Shown: positions 42,941 to 51,677 of the stretch, piece after piece
Layout of the letters: the number at the start of each line of letters is the position of its first letter
Position numbering within the stretch: the stretch's first letter is position 1
Source: an archaeon
GTDB lineage: Archaea > Nanobdellota > Nanobdellia > Pacearchaeales > GW2011-AR1
Direction: 5' to 3'
NCBI GenBank assembly: GCA_018697035.1
Contig: JABHSE010000002.1
Coordinates: 155,160 to 219,159, forward strand
DNA length: 64,000 nt
Notes under the pieces: generated by a model
Seen by the model: only the letters and a program-made list of their open reading frames with translations
Databases searched by the model: none
Told to the model about the DNA's origin: nothing
Translations under genes and position numbers: made by a program

Positions 42941-44542
42941 ATGGCAACAGACCCAAACGCAAAACCCTCCAAAGCCTCTCACATAGCCGTCTCATACTAC
43001 TCCCGCCTAGACATCCAAAACGCCATGTTCCAATTCTGCAAAAACAGAGAAACAGTAGCAAACCACAACAACAACTTCTTCGCAAAACGCCCAGACACAT
43101 TTGACTACCCCTCAGACATCTTAAATCAAGCAAAAAACGGCGCAACCTCATTCCACACCTCAGAAGAAATATGGACAAACCCACTCGACATCAACACAGA
43201 CATGACCCCACAACAATACAACCAAATCAAAACCGGCTGGGACCTCCTAATAGACATCGACTCCCCATTCCTAGACTACGGAAAAATCGCAGCAAGACTC
43301 CTAATCAACGAACTCGAAAACCACGGCATCCACAACATCGGCATCAAATTCTCAGGCTCCAAAGGCTTCCATATCATCGTCCCCTTCAAAGCATTCCCAA
43401 AAGAACTAGGAGGTCTCCAAACAAAAGACCAATTCCCAGAATGGCCCCGAGCAATCGCAACCTACCTCTTCAAAAAAATCCGAAACCCAATGAACAAAGA
43501 AATACTAGAAATGTCATCCAAAGAAAAACTAATCGAACAAGGCGAGTTAGTCTCTGAGGCCACCTGCCCAAAATGCAACAAACCAACAATAAAAAAGAAA
43601 ATTCACAAGTACACTTGCCCAAACATAAAATGCAAATCAGTCCTAGAGGGATTCACAAAAAAAAGACTGGCAATGATATGCCCAAGTTGCAACACAAAAA
43701 TGAATCTCATAAACAGCCGAGAAGTAGATTTTTGTGAAACCTGCAAAATCAACACAGCAAAACTCGAAACGACATCTTCATTCGGAGGTATACGTCAAAA
43801 AAACATACAAGCAGGTTTCAAGGAAGAAGTCACAATCAAATCAACCGAAGACTCCGTCGACATAGTCCTAGTATCCCCACGCCACCTCTTCAGATCCCCA
43901 TACTCCCTCCACGAAAAAACCGCCTACGCTTCAATCCCCTTAACCAAAGATCAAATCCAATCCTTCAAACCTTCAGACGCAGACCCACTAAAAATAAAAG
44001 AAATAAAAAACTTCCAGCCCCAATCAGTCGAAGGCGAAGCAACCCTATTATTAGAGAGGGCACTAGAACAAGCCGAAAAAGAAAAGCCAAAAGAAAAACC
44101 CAACCGACCACCGACCACCCAACACCGAATACCCTTGAAGAATTTAGTTATAAATTCTTCAATGTACCCACCAATAATAAAACTCCTCCTAAAAGGAATC
44201 CCAAAAGACGGCCGAAAACGAGCCCTATCTCTTCTCCTTGCATTCTTCACATCCCTCGAATTCCCAGCCGACCATATCAAAGAAATCATCCAAACATGGA
44301 ACACAAAAAATTACGCCCCACTAAAAGAAGGATACGTCCGTGCTCAAATCGACTGGTCCCTGAAAAACAAACGACTTCCCCCAAACTACGACAAACCAAT
44401 CTACAAAGAGTTCGGAATAACTTCACCCCCAGCTCCCGGAATCAAAAACCCAATCAACTACACAATAAAAAAAGCGTTCGCAGCAAGACCTAGAGCTTCA
44501 GAACCTTTCTACGTAAAACCAAAACACAAAGGCCAAATCTAG
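42941..44542 (+). CDS. priS: DNA primase: PriS catalytic domain with zinc-ribbon insert and C-terminal helical domain (fused type)
   Basis: WDLLIDIDS and KFSGSKGFHIIVPF are AEP motifs I and II. CPKCNK...CPNIKC...CPSCNT...CETC are Zn ribbons. The C-terminal GRKRALSLLLAFFTSLEFPADHIKEIIQTWN is a helical bundle. Confidence 0.75.
   Translation: MATDPNAKPSKASHIAVSYYSRLDIQNAMFQFCKNRETVANHNNNFFAKRPDTFDYPSDILNQAKNGATSFHTSEEIWTNPLDINTDMTPQQYNQIKTGWDLLIDIDSPFLDYGKIAARLLINELENHGIHNIGIKFSGSKGFHIIVPFKAFPKELGGLQTKDQFPEWPRAIATYLFKKIRNPMNKEILEMSSKEKLIEQGELVSEATCPKCNKPTIKKKIHKYTCPNIKCKSVLEGFTKKRLAMICPSCNTKMNLINSREVDFCETCKINTAKLETTSSFGGIRQKNIQAGFKEEVTIKSTEDSVDIVLVSPRHLFRSPYSLHEKTAYASIPLTKDQIQSFKPSDADPLKIKEIKNFQPQSVEGEATLLLERALEQAEKEKPKEKPNRPPTTQHRIPLKNLVINSSMYPPIIKLLLKGIPKDGRKRALSLLLAFFTSLEFPADHIKEIIQTWNTKNYAPLKEGYVRAQIDWSLKNKRLPPNYDKPIYKEFGITSPPAPGIKNPINYTIKKAFAARPRASEPFYVKPKHKGQI
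44104..44131. repeat. heptamer array CCGACCA x2, CCCAACA, CCGAATA inside the primase gene
   Basis: Read directly. Encodes NRPPTTQHRI between the catalytic and helical domains. Confidence 0.85.
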
Positions 44543-44588
44543 ACCACTGACACCATTATATAATGACAAACCTTATAAATAAAAAATA

Positions 44589-45563
44589 ATGTATTTCATT
44601 ATGAAGAAAGTCCTACTACATACCAGGGAACTATCAGACGTCTATGCATTAAAAACACTAGAAGACTATCTAGTAGAGAATACCAGAGACATGGAGTTTT
44701 GTTTTAACGGAGGCACCATAGGAGGAGCAAGAGAAAGGGAAGTTATTGGAAAGTCTCCATTTGCAAAAATAGAAGAAAAAAGGGATTTGGGCATATTCAC
44801 ACTATCAGATCTGAGTGTTCCTTATGATCTTAAAAAAACTAACTCTCTAGGAATAGACACAGCCCTACTAAAAAATTTTACACAACCCCTTAGCTTAACT
44901 GAAAAGAGAAAGCTAAGAGTAAAATACGACTTAGAATCAGATTTACCAATTATAACAATAGGGTATGCCAGCTATGATGAAGAGCTACTCAAAAAATTTG
45001 TTACTAGTTTCTATAAAAGAAGCAAAATAATATTAGTAGCATCATATATGGATACAGGAAATTTTTCAAAAACAGCAAGACGGTCACTAAGAATTGTAAA
45101 AAGAGAAGGCGTCCTAAGGGATTATTTTTCCATGGCAGATATCAATTTATCAGGATATCATTTTGGTAGAAATGCTGCAACTCTAAATAATTTCGTAGAA
45201 TCCTCAGAGGGCGGCCCATTCTTCATATTTGACCCAGCGAATAAAGGACAATATGGATATAAAGAACTAGTAGCATCAAACAATATAAGGGAACACGATT
45301 CATTCGATTCCATCATGGAAAGAGTATCTGATTATATTAAAAATCTAGATTATGAAACAGCAGTAAAACACAAGCAAACATATGCTCGTCACATTTATAG
45401 AACAAGACAAGAATATCTTCCTCAAATTGCAGACAGCATAATCGCCCTAGCTCACGGCAAAAAACCATCTCTACCTAAAGGGTCAGGATTAGACCTAAAA
45501 ACCGGAATTTCTCACGCGGCAATAATGCACAAAGATACAACCAATTTCAAGTCCCACTTATAA
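44589..45563 (+). CDS. hypothetical protein (compositionally foreign)
   Basis: 324 aa. At 44701-44760 G=19 and C=8, opposite to native plus-strand genes. No motif recognised. Confidence 0.5.
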   Translation: MYFIMKKVLLHTRELSDVYALKTLEDYLVENTRDMEFCFNGGTIGGAREREVIGKSPFAKIEEKRDLGIFTLSDLSVPYDLKKTNSLGIDTALLKNFTQPLSLTEKRKLRVKYDLESDLPIITIGYASYDEELLKKFVTSFYKRSKIILVASYMDTGNFSKTARRSLRIVKREGVLRDYFSMADINLSGYHFGRNAATLNNFVESSEGGPFFIFDPANKGQYGYKELVASNNIREHDSFDSIMERVSDYIKNLDYETAVKHKQTYARHIYRTRQEYLPQIADSIIALAHGKKPSLPKGSGLDLKTGISHAAIMHKDTTNFKSHL

Positions 45564-45632
45564 AAATAACAAATCACAAAATCACACAGCCCAAATCAAA
45601 ATAGTTATAAACCACCAACCCCTCAAACCAAC

Positions 45633-47501
45633 ATGAAAAAGAGCGTAGCATTCCTAACCCTATTCCTAATCTTATTCTCATTCTCCACGGTCGCAGCAAC
45701 AGAAGGAGACGACTGCACATCAGACAACGATTGCGACACCGATGAAATCTGCGAAGACGACGAATGCACAGAAGAAGCCATATCAGACGAAGACAAAATT
45801 GAAGAAGCATTTGAATGCCTAGAAGAGAGAGCCGACGACTGCTCAAGTCTAACAACACAAGAACTAGCCCTAACAATAATGGCAACCCCAGATAACATAT
45901 TCGACGACTGCGTAGAAGAACTAGAAGACAGAGAGTCATCAGACCACTGGGGAAACATCCGTGACACCGCACTAGCAATCATCGCACTAAACCACGCAGG
46001 CAAAGACACCGAACCTTCCGAAGACTGGCTCCTAGACCAAACCCAAACACCAACAGACCTAATCTGGTATATACAACAAGACTCGAATCTAGAAACGGAA
46101 TGCCACATAGCATATGACTCACAAGACTTCACGGTCACAATCGGAGAAGATAAAAAAATAAACTCCAACGCCGGCTCATGCCTATCTTTAGCTCAACTCA
46201 ACTTCTGGCTACAAGTAGACACAGACTGCTACGAAGAAACATTCCAAATCGAATGCGACGAAGACTTCATAGCAAGCCTCTTATACAAAAATTCACAATC
46301 ATCAACAATCTACGTCTTAGATCAAACACTATCATCTCCAGCTTTCGGATCAATAGAATTAAGCGTAGACTCACAATGCTTAGGCGAAAGCTCATGTGAA
46401 TACGAAGCAACATTATGGGGAGCACTAGCGCTATTGGACACAGACCACGAAGTCGAAGAATTCATGCCATACATAATAGCATCATCAGAAGCAAACGAAA
46501 GATACCTACCTGAAGCATTCATCTACCTCCTAACAAGCTACGAAGATTACGCGAACAACCTAGTATCAGAACAGAAACTCGGAAACTACTGGGAAGCAAA
46601 ATCAACTCCATACAACAAATACTACGATACAGCACTAGCACTACTGGCCCTAACCTCATCATCATCAGAACAAGTCACAGAAGCAAAAGATTGGCTACTC
46701 TTCTCACAAAGCTCAAACGGATGTTGGCAGAACTCAGTAATGGAAACAGCCATGGTCTTATGGGCACTAGAAGGTAAAGCAGGTAGATCAAGTTCTTCAG
46801 GTGGCAGCAGCGTAACAATGTGTGAGGAAGCGGATTTCTTTTGTATACCAGAGAGCGAATGTATATTAGGGCAAGATGTAAGCGATAACTACTTCTGCGG
46901 AATCGGAACATCAATATGTTGCACCGACGAAAACATTAAAACCTGCTCAGAATACTCAGGTGAAGTATGCTTAGAAAACAAAGTATGCATAGGCAACTCA
47001 AAAAGAGCATCAGATACAGACAACTGTTGCACTGGCTCATGCGAAGATCGAGCGGAAGAAACCGAATGCGAAGCGAACTTCTACTCATGTAAAGACACAT
47101 GCTCAGACCTCCAAGAACCTATATCAACATACTCCTGCGACCAAGGCCAAACTTGCTGTAAAACAAAAACAACAACAGACGAAGGCTCAGTATGGTGGAT
47201 ATGGCTACTAATAGTTTTAATCATAGCAGTCCTAATCGCAATCGGTTACGTATATAGAGATAACCTAAAATTATACTGGTTTCAACTTAGATCAAAATTC
47301 AAAAAAGATAAAGGGAATAAGGGAACATCTCCAAAGGGACCAGGTCTTCCGCCACGTCCAGGATTCCCACCAGTAAGAAGAGGTCCAATGCCACATCAAA
47401 GAAGACCAGCCCCAAATCGTCCAACGCGAGCGAGAGCCTACGACAGAAGAGACAAAGCAATGTCAGAAACCTTCAGAAAACTCCGAGACATGTCTAGTTA
47501 G
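45633..47501 (+). CDS. surface protein with alpha/alpha-toroid (prenyltransferase/squalene-cyclase-like) repeats, Cys-rich stalk, TM and Pro/Arg-rich tail
   Basis: Signal peptide. Repeats GNIRDTALAIIALNHAG and YYDTALALLALTSS...NGCWQNSVMETAMVLWAL. Stalk CSEYSGEVCLENKVCIG...CCTGSC. TM WWIWLLIVLIIAVLIAIGYVY. Confidence 0.55.
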   Translation: MKKSVAFLTLFLILFSFSTVAATEGDDCTSDNDCDTDEICEDDECTEEAISDEDKIEEAFECLEERADDCSSLTTQELALTIMATPDNIFDDCVEELEDRESSDHWGNIRDTALAIIALNHAGKDTEPSEDWLLDQTQTPTDLIWYIQQDSNLETECHIAYDSQDFTVTIGEDKKINSNAGSCLSLAQLNFWLQVDTDCYEETFQIECDEDFIASLLYKNSQSSTIYVLDQTLSSPAFGSIELSVDSQCLGESSCEYEATLWGALALLDTDHEVEEFMPYIIASSEANERYLPEAFIYLLTSYEDYANNLVSEQKLGNYWEAKSTPYNKYYDTALALLALTSSSSEQVTEAKDWLLFSQSSNGCWQNSVMETAMVLWALEGKAGRSSSSGGSSVTMCEEADFFCIPESECILGQDVSDNYFCGIGTSICCTDENIKTCSEYSGEVCLENKVCIGNSKRASDTDNCCTGSCEDRAEETECEANFYSCKDTCSDLQEPISTYSCDQGQTCCKTKTTTDEGSVWWIWLLIVLIIAVLIAIGYVYRDNLKLYWFQLRSKFKKDKGNKGTSPKGPGLPPRPGFPPVRRGPMPHQRRPAPNRPTRARAYDRRDKAMSETFRKLRDMSS

Positions 47502-47531
47502 ATTTATTAATATCCAAACCTTCTCCAAATT

Positions 47532-48821
47532 ATGAAAAGAGGCATACTAATTTTACCACTCCTTTTACTGTCTTTAGTTGCCGCATCACCAACTTTAGAA
47601 TTCCAAAACGAACAAATCCAAGCAACAGAAACAATCTTCGCGACGATAACAACGTCAGGCGAATTCACAAAACAAATCGAATCTTCCGACATCAAATTCT
47701 TCAAAGGCCGAAAACAACTCTCCCTTGAGCACGACATAATATATTACGAAGGAACACACTACCTCTACATCTACACCACATCCCTAGGAAACCTAACACT
47801 CCAAATAGAAAACATCCTCTACAAAGAAAACGAAACTCTAAAATCCACAACAATCACAGAGCAACTAAACATCACGGAAAAAACAAACCAATCTCTAACA
47901 ATCAAACCCGGATTCATCTTCACATCCACATCAGCAATAATCAAACTAATCAACCCAACAAATCTCCAACTCAATCTAACCTACAACGACAACGAAACAT
48001 CCATTGACCCCTTCCAATCTTTCGAAGTCGAACTAACACCAACCCAAACTTTCTCACACTTAAACATCTCAACCTATAAAGACTTCTCAATACCAATCAT
48101 CTACTTCAACACAACAGGCAACATAACATTCGTTTCTCCAGAAACAAAGCCTAACTTAAGAGCCGAATTTGAGCTTATCCTCTTAGAGTTATTCACCAAC
48201 AATAAAACTCAACAAACAATAAAACTCTTCAACTTCGGTGACGACAATCTCACAAACCTAGAAGCGACATCAAACTCAACCTTCATAAAAATAGAAAAAC
48301 TCCGAGACATGTCAGGACGAGAAACCCAAAATCTAACATTAGAAATTAACTCAGAACTTTCTGGGTATTTCCAAGAAATAATCAATATATCATACATACA
48401 AAACGAGACAGAAAAAACAACAGAAGTAACACTAGTAATCTTTGTACTACCAGAAGGAATCTCTGAACCAAATTTTCAAATCCAGGAAGAAACATGCGAG
48501 CAACTGTCTGGACAAATTTGCGAACCAGGAGTAATCTGCAACGGGACAATAACCTTCTCAAAAAACAAAGAGTCCTGCTGTCTTGCTTCATGTATAGAAA
48601 TAAAAGATGATGATTCAGGGGATTCAAACGGCTTCGGCTGGCTGATAGCAATAGTAATATTCGCAATCCTAGGATTTATAGGACACTACTTTTATAAAAA
48701 ACAAAAATCACTTCAAACTCCTACTCCAAAACAATCCATGAAAACATCAACAGAAAAATTCGAAAAACGTCTGGTCGGAAACGAGAATAAAAGAACAACA
48801 GGCAACCTCACAAAATCCTGA
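47532..48821 (+). CDS. sequon-rich secreted glycoprotein candidate with the same Cys-rich stalk plus TM
   Basis: Signal peptide and more than 15 N-x-S/T sequons (NLT, NET, NIT, NQS, NTT...). Stalk CEQLSGQICEPGVICNG...CCLASC, then TM GWLIAIVIFAILGFIGHYFY. Confidence 0.55.
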   Translation: MKRGILILPLLLLSLVAASPTLEFQNEQIQATETIFATITTSGEFTKQIESSDIKFFKGRKQLSLEHDIIYYEGTHYLYIYTTSLGNLTLQIENILYKENETLKSTTITEQLNITEKTNQSLTIKPGFIFTSTSAIIKLINPTNLQLNLTYNDNETSIDPFQSFEVELTPTQTFSHLNISTYKDFSIPIIYFNTTGNITFVSPETKPNLRAEFELILLELFTNNKTQQTIKLFNFGDDNLTNLEATSNSTFIKIEKLRDMSGRETQNLTLEINSELSGYFQEIINISYIQNETEKTTEVTLVIFVLPEGISEPNFQIQEETCEQLSGQICEPGVICNGTITFSKNKESCCLASCIEIKDDDSGDSNGFGWLIAIVIFAILGFIGHYFYKKQKSLQTPTPKQSMKTSTEKFEKRLVGNENKRTTGNLTKS

Positions 48822-49355
48822 TTACTTTTTCTTAACAACCTTTTTCTTAACAGCTTTTTTCTTCACTTTCTTAACGGCCTTCCTCTTCTTCAACTTCGCA
48901 ATTTCCTCATCCCTCTCAGTCAAAACACCCTGCATCACTTTCAAATGCGCTTCCATCTGCTTATACCTCTCGCCCAAAATCTTTGCAATCTCATCATACC
49001 GATGCAATCTACCCGAAATATTATTCAACAAACCAGTTGCCTCACCAGAATCCAAATTAATATCACTAGGCTCAATAACCTCAATAGAACTCGGCATAAA
49101 ATCAAACATAGTTTCACTAAGTCTCGCAAAACTCGGAGCCTCAAAATCACACTCTGCAAAAGCCGTAAACATCTCCTCTCCCTTAACAACCTCCTTCCCC
49201 TCTTCAGCAGCAATAACCCTAGGCTCACTAACCTTAATCTCATGAATCTCCAAGTCCTTAACCTGCCTCAAAACCCCAACATGCTTCTCAATAGCCTCAG
49301 TCAAATGCGCAGCAGGCCGACCCGCCATCTCAACAATCATAATTACTCTTACCAT
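48822..49355 (-). CDS. hypothetical protein with Lys-rich C-terminal tail
   Basis: 177 aa with tail KKRKAVKKVKKKAVKKKVVKKK. Confidence 0.5.
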   Translation of the reverse strand: MVRVIMIVEMAGRPAAHLTEAIEKHVGVLRQVKDLEIHEIKVSEPRVIAAEEGKEVVKGEEMFTAFAECDFEAPSFARLSETMFDFMPSSIEVIEPSDINLDSGEATGLLNNISGRLHRYDEIAKILGERYKQMEAHLKVMQGVLTERDEEIAKLKKRKAVKKVKKKAVKKKVVKKK

Positions 49356-49403
49356 TCACAATCAATAATATTTCCACTTTAAAACTTTTCGGACTCATCA
49401 GAA

Positions 49404-50015
49404 TCATGCCACCTGAGACCAAACCAAAATCCCAACAAAAAAGATCAAAAACAGACAAAACACATAAGGTAACCAATCGACAACCAACCCATCTTTAGAG
49501 ACATAATCCCACTTGTCTTCAACATCCTCAATAACATCACCACTCAACGAAATAACCTCAGGCTCTACATCATCCAAAATAATAGAAACATCATCCACAC
49601 TCTCAACCATATCCCCCTCCTCAACAACCTTACTCTCCCGAACCTTAATCCGTCCAACATCAAACTCCTCCCTCCATTCCCCATCTCGCAACTTAACCAC
49701 AACATCATACCGCCCAGCCTCCACAACCTTCAACTTTACATCCTCATCATCCTCAATAAACTCCTTCAAATAATAATATCCACTCTGCCAATTCCCATCA
49801 TACCCATCCCAAATCCGCAGAATCGAATCTCTTTCCTTATCAACCTCAACTTTCAAATCATACCGAGCATCCCCTTCACTCACCTCAACCTCACACTCAA
49901 ATTCCTCATCAACAAAAACCTCATTAGGACAATCTAAATCAACATCAACCGCAGAAACAAATCCAATCAAAAAAACCAAAACAATAAATATTTTCAACAT
50001 TACAAATCTCCTCAT
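49404..50015 (-). CDS. secreted acidic protein with C-terminal TM anchor
   Basis: Signal MLKIFIVLVFLIGFVSA and C-terminal LPYVFCLFLIFFVGILVW. Confidence 0.5.
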   Translation of the reverse strand: MRRFVMLKIFIVLVFLIGFVSAVDVDLDCPNEVFVDEEFECEVEVSEGDARYDLKVEVDKERDSILRIWDGYDGNWQSGYYYLKEFIEDDEDVKLKVVEAGRYDVVVKLRDGEWREEFDVGRIKVRESKVVEEGDMVESVDDVSIILDDVEPEVISLSGDVIEDVEDKWDYVSKDGLVVDWLPYVFCLFLIFFVGILVWSQVA

Positions 50016-50077
50016 CCAAAACTTATATAATTTCCTGTCTCACAAAAACTTAAAAATCAACTTCCTTTAATCAAACT

Positions 50078-51601
50078 ATGACAACACAAAAAGAAGACCT
50101 ATCCACATTCATGAAAAGAAAAGGATTTGTTTATCAGGGTTCAGAAATATACGGAGGCTTAGCCGGAACATGGGAATTCGGGCACGTAGGGAAGTTGATG
50201 AAAGATAATCTTAATAGCATTTGGAAAAAATTCTTCCTAAATCTAGGCGACGACTTCTATGAAATAGAGGGTTCAGTCATAATGCCAGAAAATGTCTTCA
50301 AAGCATCAGGTCATCTAGATAATTTCGACGACCCACTAGCAGAGTGCTTCAAATGCGGAACAACCGAACGAGCAGACAAGATAATTGAAGAGAAACTAAA
50401 TCAAAGAGAAGAATCTGCAACAAACGAAGAGCTCTTAACAATATTACATGACAATAACCTAAACTGCCCGAAATGCAAGTCCAAGTTTGAAAAAGTAACA
50501 ACTTTCAATATGATGTTTCCAATAACATACGGCCCAAAAGGCGGACAGACAGTTTATCTCAGGCCAGAGACAGCACAAACACCATACCTGAATTTCAAAA
50601 TCCAACACGAACTCCTAAGAAAGAAACTACCAATGGGTTTAGCCTTAATCGGCAGAGCTTTCCGAAACGAAATTTCCCCAAAGAATTCCCTAATTAGATG
50701 CCGAGAATTCGAGCAAGCAGAGCTCCAAATATTCTTCAACCCAAAAAATATCAACAATGAAAAAATATCCGACACCACAAACTTTTCCGACATTAAAAAA
50801 GAAAAGTTAATAGTCATGTTGCAGAACGAACGAAACAAGCCTCTAAAAGAAATTTCCCCAGCCGAGCTACTAAAATACGGCATACCAAAATTCTATACAT
50901 ACCATATGGCAAAAGTTCAAGAATACATTCTAAACGTATTACAAATCCCAAAAGAAAAATTCCGATTCTACGAACTCAACGACAAAGAAAAAGCATTCTA
51001 CAACAAAAATCATTTCGACTTAGAATATTTCTCAGAAGAATTAAACGACTGGATAGAAATTGGAGGAGTTCATTATAGAACAGATCACGATCTAAGCGGA
51101 CACGAAAAAGTTTCCAAAACAAAACTAACAGTCCTAGACGAAGAGACAGGAGAGCGATTTATACCTCACGTTCTAGAATTAAGCTTCGGCCACTGGAGAA
51201 ACTTTTATATGTCCCTAGAGCAACATCTACATTACGACAAAACAAGAAAAAATAACGTCCTCAAGCTCCCAAAACAACTAGCCCCAATCAAAACTTCAAT
51301 TTATCCCCTAGTCAAAAAACCCGAATTCACAACCCTAGCAAGAGATATCCAAAAAGACCTAACAGAAAACGACATCATATCATCCTACGACAAATCCGGC
51401 TCAATTGGAAAACGTTATGCAAGGGCTGATGAAATCGGAACCCCATACTGCATCACGATCGACCACGATTCACTAGAAGCAGGCATCGTCACAATCCGAG
51501 ATAGAGACACAACCGAACAAGTAAAAGTTCACAAAGATAAAATCGCAGAAACAATTCAAAACCTAATAAAAGACAAAGTAGAATTCTCATCTCTAAAATA
51601 A
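50078..51601 (+). CDS. glyS: glycyl-tRNA synthetase (archaeal/eukaryotic class II type)
   Basis: RKGFVYQGSEIYGGLAGTWEFGHVG, GRAFRNEISP, and the C-terminal anticodon-binding domain GKRYARADEIGTPYCITID. Confidence 0.9.
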   Translation: MTTQKEDLSTFMKRKGFVYQGSEIYGGLAGTWEFGHVGKLMKDNLNSIWKKFFLNLGDDFYEIEGSVIMPENVFKASGHLDNFDDPLAECFKCGTTERADKIIEEKLNQREESATNEELLTILHDNNLNCPKCKSKFEKVTTFNMMFPITYGPKGGQTVYLRPETAQTPYLNFKIQHELLRKKLPMGLALIGRAFRNEISPKNSLIRCREFEQAELQIFFNPKNINNEKISDTTNFSDIKKEKLIVMLQNERNKPLKEISPAELLKYGIPKFYTYHMAKVQEYILNVLQIPKEKFRFYELNDKEKAFYNKNHFDLEYFSEELNDWIEIGGVHYRTDHDLSGHEKVSKTKLTVLDEETGERFIPHVLELSFGHWRNFYMSLEQHLHYDKTRKNNVLKLPKQLAPIKTSIYPLVKKPEFTTLARDIQKDLTENDIISSYDKSGSIGKRYARADEIGTPYCITIDHDSLEAGIVTIRDRDTTEQVKVHKDKIAETIQNLIKDKVEFSSLK

Positions 51602-51604
51602 AAT

Positions 51605-51629
51605 TCCGCGTCCTCCGCGTTTTCTGCGG
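51605..51629. repeat. TCCGCG-type hexamer x3 at a 9-nt period
   Basis: TCCGCG (51605), TCCGCG (51614), TCTGCG (51623), in the glyS/ABC intergenic region. Confidence 0.7.
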
Positions 51630-51677
51630 ATAAAATTTCCCCAAAAATCTTAAAAACCAATTTCTCGTCTTTAATAA

